Made by a program: the position numbers and the translations under genes | Notes under the pieces: model-generated | What the model was told of the DNA's origin: nothing | Database searches by the model: none | Seen by the model: only the letters and a program-made list of their open reading frames with translations | Source: Puccinia triticina | Taxonomy: Eukaryota | Length of the DNA: 64,000 nucleotides | Direction of reading: 5' to 3' | Assembly (NCBI GenBank): GCA_026914245.1 | Contig: CP110439.1 | Coordinates: 496,001 to 560,000 of the forward strand | Part shown: positions 26,606-38,885 of the stretch, piece by piece | Position numbering within the stretch: position 1 is the stretch's first letter | Layout: every line of letters begins with the position of its first letter

Positions 26606-27668
26606 CAATGGTGAAAGTGCTGCGCTACAGATAGCGCAGCGCAGCGCAAAGCATAGCACTTTTTGGCCCGGATGTGCTGCGCTAATTTACAGTGTTTTTG
26701 GGCTACGCTTGCGCTTTTTGGTGCACGCTTGTAGCTTTTCTCTTTTTGTAGCCGCTATTCATAGCCAGAAAATAGTGCAAAAGCACTACACTTCCGCTAT
26801 AAATAGCGCTTTTGTAGCGCTTTTGAGGTGTTTTTTTTGGAGGGGGGGAAGTAATGTTTTTTGTTTCAATGTTCGATTTTGTATTAGAGAGAAAAAGAAT
26901 TGTGAGGGGCAACACCTAATATGGAAGATACATTCTAGTGGCTAATCATATCAAGGAACTATTTTGATGTTCCAGGATTCTTCTTACTTGTGGCTGATTC
27001 AAATTTGGGGTTCTTAAGCGCCCCATCAATCAGTTTATGGCAATCCTTGAAGTTGCCTCCCGAGTCCCATCCTGAAATTTTTGCCCAGACACATCTGGCT
27101 GCTGATGCAGCACTCAATTGTTTGGACTGAAAGACTAGACAGACCTGATGAGCACACTGTTGCTGCGCCCGATAGGGTCATCATCTTTGGCGGCTGTAGC
27201 AAAATGATCAGAGGAGAAACAGATCACGCTGAAGTGAAGAACAGAATAAGGGTGAAAGACTGAGGAAAGGGTGAAGGGTGGTGAGTGATCACACCACTGT
27301 GGGATGGATGCATTGGATGGGAGGAGCCAAGGGGTATATGTATACCCACTTGGTAGCCTGTAGCGCCTCAAAGTGCATCACAGCTTTGGCAAGCTTGTGC
27401 TATTGTAGCAAAATAGTGCATGTAGCGCACTCATAGCGGCAAAAAGCGTTTTCAAGCTGTGTTGCGCTATTTTAGCGCAAAAGCGCAGCATTTCCGGATG
27501 CGCTTGCGCTATTCCCCCTTGGAGAAAAGCACATGTGCGCTATATTTAGCTTTAGCGCAGCGGGTTACCCGCTGCGCTAAAGCTTTTTTGGTCAGTCACG
27601 TAGCGGGTGCCTGCTGCGCTGCGCTATAATGGGTGATTTTTGTAGCGCAGCGTAGCCTTTCACCGTTG
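26606..27668. mobile_element. Non-autonomous TIR element with 7-bp TSD and AGCGC-rich subterminal repeats
   Basis: Ends CAATGGTGAAAG and CTTTCACCGTTG. CTTGGAG on both flanks (26599-26605, 27669-27675). Confidence 0.8.
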
Positions 27669-28069
27669 CTTGGAGGAATCCCAATTGAACAGTTGAATAC
27701 CCAGCTTGGGTGTCAGAGGTTGCATCAAAATGGGAGTTGGTGTTGCAGGTGACTGATGCCCAAGCTGCTGGAGCCATGTTGATTACCAGGAAAACTGATT
27801 AGATGGATGTGTGGAAGCTCAAGCCAATGGCAATGCTGGCAACATTCAAATTTAAGAAGGGGGGGGGGGCTCTCTTGCAGGAATCAGAGGGGAATCTCTC
27901 ATAGTGAAGCAGTCACTTGAATAATTACACCACTGGGAGACCCAGAGGATGTAGCAACCCATTGTTGTTCCTAGGAGTGTGCCAAAGGGATGGCAATTGA
28001 AATTGATCAGGCTCACACTGTGCTGGTACTGCAGGTACCACCACTATGTTTTGAAAGTGACTGGTCATC

Positions 28070-29450
28070 ACCAATTGATTGGGGTATACACACCCCTCTT
28101 GATTGCCAGTCATCAAGCAGAGTACACACCCCTCTTGATGACTGTACATTGAGCGGAGTACACACCCCCCTTGATTACCCTACATCAAGCAGAGTACACA
28201 CCCCTCTCAATGACAGTACATGTCAGCCACAGAGTACATGTACCAGGTACCTGCAATTGTTCACATTACTTATAGTACATTCCTTTTACACCTTTATTAC
28301 ATATGTATATCATTAGATACAAGCTTAAGAATGTACTCTTGTTATACATCACATTACAGATAACATTAGTTAAATACAGTTACCATAATGTACTGTTGTT
28401 ATAAGAGTTAAGTTACGTGAAAACAGTAAGATTACAACACATTGTAATATTACTGCACATGTGAAATACCCCAAGACAGGTATCACTCATTTATCCCCTG
28501 TTACGCCTCAGTCCCTATTTACAATATAACATATTGGTTATGATATAAATACATAAACAATACATGATGTAATCCAATTCAAAGAGCACTGAATGGAATC
28601 AATGATTGGTTATGATCAGCTAGTGTGCACTGCTACTGATCTAGGATCAGTACTGATCAGTACACTACCTTGATCATTTCCAATGTTGATCCTCATGAGG
28701 ATCTGCTTCCCTTGAGCGCTTCCAGTTCCCCCCTGGTTCTGAAGCCCCTCCAAGCGCCTCATGTTCCCTCCTGCTCTTTTCCCTCTATATAAACACACCC
28801 CCCAGGACTGTTTATACCTCAGAATATTATTACAGCAAAGTTTAACCCATACTATAGTTAAACAGTGCTTTCATTCTCACCCATCTTTCAATTCAGGAAT
28901 AACGTCAACTCTTGATTACCCTTACCTTTCTGTAGGTAAAACCACGAACCCAAGTTGAGTTATTCCTTGGATGCCTATTAACACCCTGTGTTGATCTGGA
29001 TGCGCTTTAATTGAGCAAGCCTCTCAGTCAAGATTACTGATAGAGTGAAACCTTTTACAGGTCTTACCACGAACCCATTGGCCCATCCTTGGCACTTTAC
29101 ACTATCATCTTGCTAGTAACAACTCTCTCAGACACAGTTAGTTACCTACAGGCTGACAGTACATTGAATGGGTTACACATCCATGGTCCCACTTGATGAC
29201 CGGCCATCAAGTGGGATGCACACTCCACCTAATGACCAGCCATTGAGTGGGGGTGTAGGCCGGTCATTGAGCGGAGTATGCATCCCACTCAGTGGCCGGA
29301 CATTGTGATCACCCTGCTCAATTTCCGGTCATCAAGTGGGATGTGGGGGTGTGTACTCCGCTCAACAATGGCCGGTCTGGTCATCAAGAAGGTTATGTAC
29401 CCCACTTAGTGGCTGGTCATTGAGTGGTATGTGTATCCCGCTTGATGTCC
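28070..29450. repeat. ~36-bp palindromic minisatellite array split by a solo LTR
   Basis: Units like TCATCAAGCGG-N10-CCGCTTGATGA at 28070-28220 and 29160-29450. Confidence 0.75.
28221..29158 (+). mobile_element. Solo LTR (938 bp)
   Basis: TGTCAGCC..GGCTGACA termini. 5-bp TSD GTACA. TATATAAA near 28786 suggests + orientation. Confidence 0.85.
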
Positions 29451-29512
29451 AGTGAGGGACTTCTGTCCGTGTCAGGGGCTGACCTCAGGGTGATGGTCCA
29501 GAAAAGGGGGGG

Positions 29513-30150
29513 TGTAGAGACTGTAAAATGAAGATGTGTCTGGTGAGAGTCAAAATCACGACCTCAGCTATGCTAAGACACATACTAGAGTGCTGCCTTT
29601 ACCAACTAGGCTACAGACGCTTGTGGCTGCCAGCTGGGTGGTTGGTTGGTAGTGCTCATGGGTTGATCCAACAGCCCTCCATACTGTGGTGATACATCAT
29701 GGTAGCAGACTAACAGACAACTCAACACCCCCCCCTTGCTACATGATGGGAAGTGGGGATTGGCCCCAAGAGAGAGTGGGAATGAGACCCAGGAAAGATG
29801 ATCAGCGTAGGGATTGAACCCGTGATCTAGATGTAGGCTTATAGGGGTTTGTGTGGTCTTACAAGTAAGCATTCACAAATTCATCAAGTCTCTATTGTAA
29901 GCAAGTAGCGCTCAGGTAGCTCTGGGCTCATAACCTGTAGAGACTGTAAAATGAAGATGTGTCTGGTGAGAGTCGACCTCACAACCTCAGCTATGCTAAG
30001 ACACATACTAGAGTGCTGCCTTTACCAACTAGGCTACAGACACTTGTGGCTGCCAGCTGGGTGGTTGGTTGGTAGTGCTCATGGGTTGATCCAACAGCCC
30101 TCCATACTGTGGTGATACATCATGGTAGCAGACTAACAGACAACTCAACA
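29513..30150 (-). mobile_element. TRIM-like miniature LTR retrotransposon (638 bp)
   Basis: Two 215-bp near-identical LTRs (29513-29727, 29936-30150) and a 208-bp non-coding interior. Minus-strand PBS GGTTATGAGCCC, PPT AAGGGGGGG, TSD GGGGG. Confidence 0.9.
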
Positions 30151-31814
30151 GGGGGAGCTGTGATGGGATAAAGGATAGCTGCTGGGTTTAGGGGTGTTTT
30201 TGAGATGTTTGCCGGGGTGTTGGATCCTTGGCGGCGGTTGTTTTGTTTGGAAGGAAAGGGGAGGTGATCTTAAGAGGGGAAAGGAAGACCAGATACTGAT
30301 CTCAAGAGAAGTGATCAGAGGGTGATGCCCAAAAGTTTGAACTCAGAAAATATGATCAATATTATTTGATGATGGACCATATTCTGGGGATCAGAATGCC
30401 ATGCCGCTCCCTTCCTCCAAGTTATGCAAACTTGGAATCAGGGAGACAACCTGTCACATACATCACATCCTCCTGCGCGCGCACACACACAACAAGACAG
30501 CAGAGAGAAAGAAAGAAGAAAACAAAGGAAAAAGAAAACACAACACAAAAGAAAAGAGGAAACAGTAAGATGAGACAGAAAGAGAAAAATCAAAACCTAA
30601 GAGGAAAAGAGAATAGAGGATAAAAATCAAAACAAAATGGAAAACACAACCAACACATTGAATAAACCCGTAGCAGGTGCTGTGTTAGGACCAAGAAAGG
30701 TGAAGGGATGAGAGAGAAGGGAGGGAAAGGAAGGATGAAAAAGAATGAAAAAGGAAATAAGATTGGAGATGGTGCAGAGGATTTGGGAAGAGGGGGAAAA
30801 AGTTTGAAAGTGGGGGAAAGGATCTTGAAGGGAGAGAAACTTGAGGATGAAAGGGATGAGGATAAGTGTCTTGAGATTGAGGATTGAGGGGTCTTGAGTT
30901 CTTGATGCTTGCTGAGTATCTTGCTGATCTTGATGGTGACAATGATGGAAGAGCTCCCTGAAAGAATGCAAGGAACTAAGAGTATTCATTTTTTGTCAGA
31001 CTAAGTAGTTATGTTTATGTACAATAGCTTTCTGATATGAAGAATAATAACTTGAGAAGAATAAAGTAAGGGAATGTACCTAAGAGCAGGAACAGAGCCG
31101 CTCTCTACTTGAGATTAAGGATTGAGATTTAATTTAGAGGAAGTTTGCGCCGGCTGTCAACGACCTGTCATGAGTGACATTTGTCGTTAGCTCATGCCAT
31201 CTCTCTGATCTCTCCTGAATGTTCATTCAAGCCTTACTTTTACTGGTCTTTGAGACCTGAGTGATTTCACTCGGCGTCGCCCAATCGGCAAAGTAGCGGC
31301 GCAACGCAGTCTACAAGAATAGACACGTTGCATCAGCTCCTTGCTCCTTGTTTTTGCTTTAGCCTTTTCCATTATTGGAACTCAAAACTCTTACCGATAT
31401 TGCTTCCTGCTCTTTGAGCGGTATCGGCGTTTTTGGTCTGCGTGTCTTCAACGGTTCTGTCTAGGATTGCAAAATAGAGCGTTACCATCTATCTGATCAT
31501 CTCATCTCGAGTCTCTGCAGCCGCTTACCTTTGGTGCTTGCTGAGATTCTTGTGATGAGAGATTGGGAGCCAGGATTTTCCGTAAGCCTAATCTTGCTGC
31601 TCACGTGCGTCGGACCTGCTGACATCAAAAGATTAATTCAGTTTCACGACACCCGCGGCGCTGATTTGGACTGCGGAAATGGTTTGCTTTTGCTTACCAG
31701 ATTCCGCAGCTAATTTAGTTCCTGGTGTCTTCCTCAATTTATGAGTTAGGCGCCGTTCCCCTAAGCTGGTATTCTCACACTCCCAACTAGCTGACCACAA
31801 AATAGGCCACCACA

Positions 31815-32030
31815 CCGGTCATCAAGCGGGGTGTGTATCCTGCTTGATTTCCGGTCATTAAGTGGGGTGCATACTGCGCTTGATGTCTGGTCATCAAGTG
31901 GGGTGTGTACTCCGCTTGATGACCAGCCATCAAGAGGGGTGTGTAACCCACCTTTCTGGCACTTGATGACCGGCCATTGAGTGGTATGTGGTCCTGGTAG
32001 ATGTTGATGGCCGGCCATCAAGCTCAATGG
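31815..32030. repeat. 36-bp palindromic minisatellite (same family as 28070-29450)
   Basis: Consensus CCGGTCATCAAGCGGGGTGTGTACTCCGCTTGATGA, several decayed copies. Confidence 0.8.
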
Positions 32031-32779
32031 AGTGCATACCTGCAGCTGACAATGGTGGGTACCTGGTTATTTTTCAGCCCAACTTGCATACCCGGCACCT
32101 GTGGACAGGTACCTGTGGGGCATGAATGGCAGGTACCCGCCAACTGGTTCCAGGCACTGCCAAACAGGTACCCACTGGCCATCTCTATTCAGGCCAAAAA
32201 ATTAGTGGGCAGGTTGGGCTATTTATGTTTTACTGAAATTTTTTCCAGCCAAAAATTGCTCTTGTGTTGCCCAGAAGCCCCTGAGCGAAATGAGATAATA
32301 GAAAAGAAATGCAATTAAAGAAGCAGAAGGACCAAGGGTTGCTTATGACTCTAGATTAGTTTCTACACTATATCCATGAAGGCAACATACACCAGAAGAA
32401 ATATAAAGTGGGAAAGAAATGTAGAATTAACTTTAGGCCACTTGCTTGGCAGATGGCTTCCTGGACTTGATCCTGTCAGTGGTTGGTTACTTGCAGGGGG
32501 AAGATGCAAATCCACTCAATGGAATTTTACTGGAATTGACCAGTGGCTTCAAGTCATACTAGAGGTGGTCAAGTCTGATCCAAAAAGTTTACACCCAGAT
32601 TTTTTAGGTTCAAGAAAGATGCAAAGGATTGCCAGACTTGTGGAAGTATGTTTTGTTAGATGAACTAATGTACAGTGGGTCATCTAATGTTTTTGGCACC
32701 ACATTTTTCAATGCAGAAGCTCAGGCCACAGACTTCAAGTCATGAAATTGGCTACAGGGATGGAAACAAAGCTCCCAGG

Positions 32780-33225
32780 AATGATTATGGAATAAAGAAA
32801 ATTAAAAGTAAAAAAATGGAAAATGTGAAAATTATCTAATTTCTTGCAAATTTCTCAGAATGTGTTCAAACCAAGGAGGGCAAATTAGAAAGCATCGCAT
32901 GCAACAGGAATGATGAAAAATAAAAAAAAAATTGAAACAATTGCCAATGATTTTTATTGGATCAAATAAATTGAGTCCAATCGGTGGTGATTTGGCTGCA
33001 GTCCCTGAGTTCAATTCAAAATTGGTGGATAACCCATCCACCCAAAAAATCATTGGCAATGGTTTCAATTTTTTTTTTATCATTCCTGTTGCATGTCATA
33101 CTGTGCTCTCCAATTTTCCCTCCTTGGTTTGAACAGCAATGAAGATTCTGAGAAATTTGCAAGAAATTAGATAATTTTCATATTTCACATTTTTTTATTT
33201 TTACATTTTTTTATTTCATAATCAT
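32780..33225. mobile_element. Foldback/MITE-like long palindrome (~445 bp)
   Basis: GAAAATTATCTAATTTCTTGCAAATTTCTCAGAAT is inverted at ~33145-33180; inner arms (CATGCAACAGGAATGAT..TTGAAAC) are also inverted. No TSD seen. Confidence 0.75.
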
Positions 33226-33391
33226 TTAATTGTATCAATTGCGCCGTGCTCCCATTGGTCCGCCAATCACTAGTTCTTGGGGCTGTCAGCACTGAAATTA
33301 CCTACTCAGGCTCTCAGCTACCGGCCTGTTACCACACGACTTCACTTTTCTCGTCCACATGCACATCCCGCTCTGATATTCTTTACAAACA

Positions 33392-33950
33392 GCTGTCCAT
33401 GGGTAGGCAGATGTGTGGGGGCCTACAATTACAACTCCTGTCAGTCTACAAGAGGTAGCTCTTTTGCTCCAAACCAAACTGACGCGACTATCACAGTTTT
33501 GAATACCTGCAATGGTCGTTCATGTACTGTGTCACGGGCTTTATAGTCATGGCGGTCAAGCTAGTCAAAGATAGACAGAGTGCAAAAGGAACAAGGAGTG
33601 ATCCATTCGGAATGCGCGAGCTGAGAGGCATGGAGGAAGGGGGCCAAGGCGAGGGAGGGATGGCAAAGTTGGTGGAAAGTGCAGCACGGGAGGTGCTTTC
33701 AGCAGCAATAATCACAGGGGTGCTCGCGCTGTTCATCAGCTCGCTGTTGGTTACCCGTTTACATCTGCTCATCCACGGCCTCACCCCCCTCGAGCACATG
33801 GCCGTCGGCAAGTTTAAGGCCGAGCTCCTCCAACAGATCCACCATGCCTTCCCCGATGCCCACCATCACCAGAATTCTTTGCCCGTCGACTATTGCTCCC
33901 GGATATCTACCTTCTTCCGCAAAAAACTCCGCAAAATCATCCACACAATA
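33392..33950 (+). pseudogene. DHHC palmitoyltransferase fragment
   Basis: CPWVGRCVGAYNY after an AG acceptor. Hydrophobic helix followed by HLLIHGLTPLE (TTxE-like). No intact DHHC motif or N-terminus; truncated by ACCCG repeats. Confidence 0.65.
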
Positions 33951-33952
33951 AT

Positions 33953-34122
33953 GACCCGAGTCCTGACCCGAGACCCGACCCGCCCCGACCCGGACCCGAT
34001 TTCATCACCAGCAGGGTCGGGTTCGGGCAGTGCTAACCTGAATCTGACCCGACCCGCCCCGACCCGCAATTATATCCGGGTCGGGTTCGGGCACTGTTTT
34101 CCGACCCGAACCCGACCCGGTT
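33953..34122. repeat. ACCCG/CGGGT repeat cluster (hAT-type subterminal remnant)
   Basis: Dense GACCCG motifs in both orientations. Confidence 0.6.
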
Positions 34123-34401
34123 TCATCCCTAGTCCCAAGTTCCTCCTTTGGAGGTCGCGCTTCGCGCCAGCCCAGGCTGTACCAGTTAAGTTAGAGGGGG
34201 GCGCCACATCGCCATGGGTCACCTGTACGACATGGTGGCGCAAATCAGGGTCCATGTGGCGTCTGAACACGCCCCGCGGTGTACGGCTGTAGTTGCTTGT
34301 CTCTGGGGTTGGGTTGTTTGTCCTTGTGCTTCTGTTTGAGGTGCCCTTACAAGGCATCCTCTCTCTTGTAGGGGTTTTTTTCCCCCAGCTAAGGTGCTAC
34401 G

Positions 34402-36478
34402 ATGGTTTTGCATTCCTCAGTCTCCCGAAGTCCTACTAAGTTTCCCAACTTGCGCCTGGATTTGATCACACCGTCAAAAGCCCAGAGTAGCAAACCGACA
34501 ATCTTTTCAGCCAAACACCCACTGTGGTTATCGATCATTATAATCCTCTTGTTTCATATTACCTCTTCATTCTCAAAAGCATCCGACCCACAGCACCAAG
34601 CTGAGCTCTGGTCTCGTGCTCGCCTAAGACCACGCGCGGTGGATACCGGCCAAAACCTTTCCACCCAGCAAGACGAGACAGCCCCTAAATGCGCGGTAAG
34701 CGACCCATTGCATTTATATTCCACAGTCCTTCTTAAAGGCTGCCCGCCTGATATAGCAGCTAACTAGGCCAGGAAACACGATTCCATGCGTGTAGACCCC
34801 GCCATGCAAAAGTACAAAGAAACCTATCTCGGGTAGAGTAGACCCCGCCACAGTAAAGGAGAAGTGAGTGCTAGTTGTTCAGAATGTTCGATTTTCCTCT
34901 GCGAAAGAATCACTCAAGAAACTCTCACCATTTCCTAGCGTGATCCACCATCGTGCGACAATCTCTACCAAGCCATCAGGTTCTCTTAGAGCTAGAGACT
35001 GTACCCCTCATGGTCAGTTCCTGCTGTCTGAATTTTATCTATTTTGGAACTGTTATGTTCCTACATTTGGGTATTAGTTTCTAAACTGTCTTTTTTTTCC
35101 AGGCCCGAAAGCTTCACCAGTCCCACAAAAGCTTAAAAACACGCAGGCGTCTCAGAAGACCACAGAGAAATCTCCCAATCCCCCACCTCAGAAAAAGGAA
35201 AAGTCGGTCGAAACACCAGAACAACATTCCAAACTACCTTTTCCCAACCAAAAGCATGAGACTAAACCCTCGCGGCCCGTCCCCAAAGGTTAGTTGATTT
35301 CTTCATGATAGCGAAACAAATATAATTGTTTTACATGAGGAGACCTAAATAATATCTGTGCAAATTATTCTAAGAAAAAGACAAGCCCACTACGAAAACT
35401 GTGGAACCGGTGCTCGATTCTCCTACTATTGAAATCAAGCCCCGACCCAAGAAAATACCCAGGTGATTAGCCAATATCTCACCAGCTCACAGCGCAAGCA
35501 TTTCATCAAAGATTCGTCCCACTGAACATATACATTCACCTAGTCACATTTCTACAGGCACAGTCCATCGTCGTCCGAAACAGCCTACTTCCCAGTCCGG
35601 TGATTCCGCCAGCAGGTTGGACACACGCCAATTTACTCTGATGAATCACCAACAGATCTAGCAAGCTCATCGGAATTCTGGTTACTTTTTTCTAGATGGC
35701 TTGCAGCCCACAATGAAATCCGAGAGAGGTACTCTGTCGGCAACCTCGTCTGGAGTTCAAAATTGGAAGCCTCCGCTCAAGCTTGGGCAAACCGATGCGT
35801 CTTCGAACATTCTCATGGTGAAGCCGGAGAAGTAAGTTTTCTGCTAATTTTCTGAGCAGAAGTGAATCTAGTCTTGGAAAAGATTCCCCAGAAGAAGGCT
35901 GAAGAGAGGTTCTTTTGGGTGGGCATGATGGTCACCAACTGATTCACTTCAATTACCTCAGAATATTGCAGCCGGTCAACCGACAATCGCGTCCGTTGTC
36001 AAGGATTGGGTATACGGCGATAACGAATGTGAGGCTTACGATCCTAACCGGCCTGTTTATTCTCATTTTACCCGTGAGCCGAATGTGTCTTGTTTGGGGA
36101 GATCGTCAGTTCCTTCTCATGGATGAATAGTTGACTAGATGCATGACATCAATCTCATCGTAGAGGTTGTTTGGCGAGATACATCTCGTCTTGGTTGTGC
36201 GGTTAGTACATGCTCCAATCTTCCCGGAACGCCGTTGCAAGATGCTCCTTTTTACGTCTGCCAATACTCTTCGTACGTCGCAAAGCCTCCAAAAATTTCA
36301 ACCATTCAGCTTGAGTTTGAGTTCAGCTTGAGTTTGAGTTGACGTTTTTTTTTCTATCGTTCCGTTATTTATTCGGTGGTATGTTTTCATCGTCAATAAT
36401 GATAATTGTAGAGCGGGAAATGTCCTGGGCGAATTCGACACCAATGTCCTTGCCAAGGCTGGGCAATGTCTGAAGTGA
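34402..36478 (+). CDS. CAP (SCP/PR-1) domain protein with N-terminal hydrophobic segment and Pro/Lys-rich linker, multi-exon
   Basis: Spliced C-terminal domain WLAAHNEIR..LVWSSKLEASAQAWANRCVFEHS..GENIAAG..SHFTQVVWRDTSRLGCA..YVCQY..GN, stop at 36476-36478. Linker exon boundaries not fully resolved. Confidence 0.85.
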
Positions 36479-37431
36479 TATACAACCCCACTTCATGGGC
36501 GCCAATCTATTCGTCCTGTTTTACATCTCTGCGAATATAGGGATTCAAGAAACCATGAACTGATAATCATCTTAAGAGAAATAACAATCCGTCCCAGATT
36601 CGGTTTTTGAAGTTCATTTCATTTTTTTTCTTGTGGCGTTCTTGCTCTCAGTTGAAAACATATATGGACTTTGATAGTCCAGTTATGATCTCAGTAGCTT
36701 CTCTTTCTCCATGCACTCTTTCCTGAGAACCATAGTCGGTTTATATCCCCTTCTTTCTTGTGTTCTGTCTCATTTTTTTATCAATCAACTATGGACCCTT
36801 TTATGATAACAACCGCAAAAGAAAGCAAAAGCAATCAGGAGAGCAACACTAGCCCACAGAAAATAGAACAGCATCCCGAAAATCATTTATACAGATGAAG
36901 TGATATAATTTAACTCTCTCATCTGACAATTTGTAACTTGCTTTGTTTGTTTTGTTTCGGAAGTTACCTCAAAATTCTTCTTGTTTAGGTAGCTTTTTAA
37001 TTTTTCGCACTTCCCTCTTGATTTATCTTGTTTTTCTGATTCCATGAATTTACCCGACACCTAATTGAACCATTTCGGGAAGTTCTCCACCTTGACATCC
37101 CTGTTGGTACATAAGAGCATCCGCATCGGTGCGGGTGTAACTCGAGGAGTAACAGATCTGCTTACTCCCGGATTAGCGGGAATCCCGGCCGGCAACCGCA
37201 TTGGTGCGGGATAAAAAGTGTAAGACACTCAGGGATGAGTGAATGCAAATCTGACAATAAGATATGCGTCACGGGTAAGCACAAGTACGCTCGGTATCGG
37301 TCCAATCTTGGTATTGATTACACTCACCTGACGATAAGATATGCGTCACAGGTACATAAGCACAAGTACGCTCGGTATCGGTCCAATCTCGGTGAAGAAG
37401 AGAAGAGGGCCGGTACCGGGCGCACTGGTTA

Positions 37432-37784
37432 GAGCATCCGCATTCGGCACTAAGTCAGCCCGGATTAGGGCACTTAGTCCACCCCCGCAGCCGCATTGGC
37501 TCGGATCAACTCGGGATCAACTTGACCCGGAGCTCCGTTTGGAGCTAGTGGGGTCTACATGTAGACCCCACTAATCCTGGGATTAAACTCAAAATGCATA
37601 TTCAACATGCTCATAAGCATGAGCTCTATGTGTTTAGGTGCCAAACACATAACATACTGGCACCTAAACACATAACCTCCGACAGCTAATCCCCACCCAT
37701 GTGGTCGGCTGATTGGATTAGCTTGTTCCGAGCATAATCCAAGCTAGTTAGCCCATACTAACTTAGCCACCAATGCTGATGCTC
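37432..37784. mobile_element. Tourist/Harbinger-type MITE
   Basis: TIR GAGCATC(C/A)GCATT with TTA on both flanks. A second similar left end (TAA-GAGCATCCGCAT) is at 37115. Confidence 0.8.
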
Positions 37785-38474
37785 TTAGACTAAGTACAAG
37801 GTTGCCGCAGCCGTAGTTATGCATATATGTACAAGTTTAGTATATGCATAGCTACTGATAAACTCAGATGAAGCAAGTTTACCACCTTGGTTACCCCAGC
37901 CTCCAACGTGTAAGTATGTGGTATGCACCTACAGCTTATGTAAGCTGTGTTTGGAGCATACTTTTGGGTGGGGAGGAGTGTCTGCATGCAGCGCTTACTC
38001 CCAGGATTAGCGAGGAGTAACTTTACTCCCGCTTACTCCAAATTGGAGGAATTGAATAAAACTTCTCTACTTCCAAAAAGAGAGCCAGTTGCAAGGACAA
38101 ATCATCAACAGTCTCCACCAGTACAACAACTGTGTAAAAAAAGATAAATGGAATCTGCAGCTTGGCCAGCGGGTACACCTTATCTACACCAGGATGAGTG
38201 TTCTTTGGTGAGCACCTGCACATCGGGAAGGATTCCACCATGGAGCAGTCCGTACCTGCTAGCCAAGGAAGGCTGCTCCAGGCGGACAGCAGCTATGTGT
38301 ATTGGCTGGCCGGACGGCGGAAGGTGTCTTTGCTCGCCGGGCCCGGGGAGAATATTGCTCCTTGTAATTCACTTGGCTCGCCGGGCCCGGGGGGAATATT
38401 GCTCCTAACAATTCACCAGCTAGTCTACATCCTTGCCAAGGGGTTGCTCCCCGGCAATCGCCTGCACATATTAT

Positions 38475-38885
38475 CAACAGTGGGTAGTTACGGTACGGTT
38501 ATTGGTAACATACCAATATCGTAACGGTTTTTCTCTCATTACCGTTACCGTTAACCGTAACAGAAGTGTGTTACAATATTGCACACCCAGGATGTATGGC
38601 ATTTAACATCCGTTACAATATCTGCCTGCACGGAGGGGCAGATATCGGACTGCATATGATCCAGAGGGGGCCATTTCCCCCTCTTTATCTCGTTAACCAG
38701 TGGTTAACGTGTTACGCTACTAGTAACGCAATTAACGTACCAAAAAAATCAGGCCCATTACAATACGGGCCTGGGGTTACAACTAGTTGTTACTAGGAGC
38801 GCCAACCCCTAAGCGCAGTAACGGCAAGCGTTACGCTACGCAGATAACGGCGGTTATTGTAGCATATCGTAACTACCCACCGCTG
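38475..38885. mobile_element. MITE with GTAAC/GTTAC subterminal repeats and ~7-bp TSD
   Basis: Ends CAACAGTGGGTAGTTACG and CGTAACTACCCACCGCTG. Flanks ATATTAT / GTATTAT. Confidence 0.75.

Noticed and set aside
29800..29830. tRNA B-box-like GGGTTCAATCCC on the minus strand inside the TRIM
   Set aside because: No A box or cloverleaf could be built; too short to support a tRNA or SINE call.
31550..31625. Possible C/D snoRNA (GTGATGA ... CTGA)
   Set aside because: No convincing terminal stem or rRNA guide could be established by eye.
33522..34292. 256-aa ORF as a real gene
   Set aside because: A chimera of the DHHC fragment and translated ACCCG repeats.
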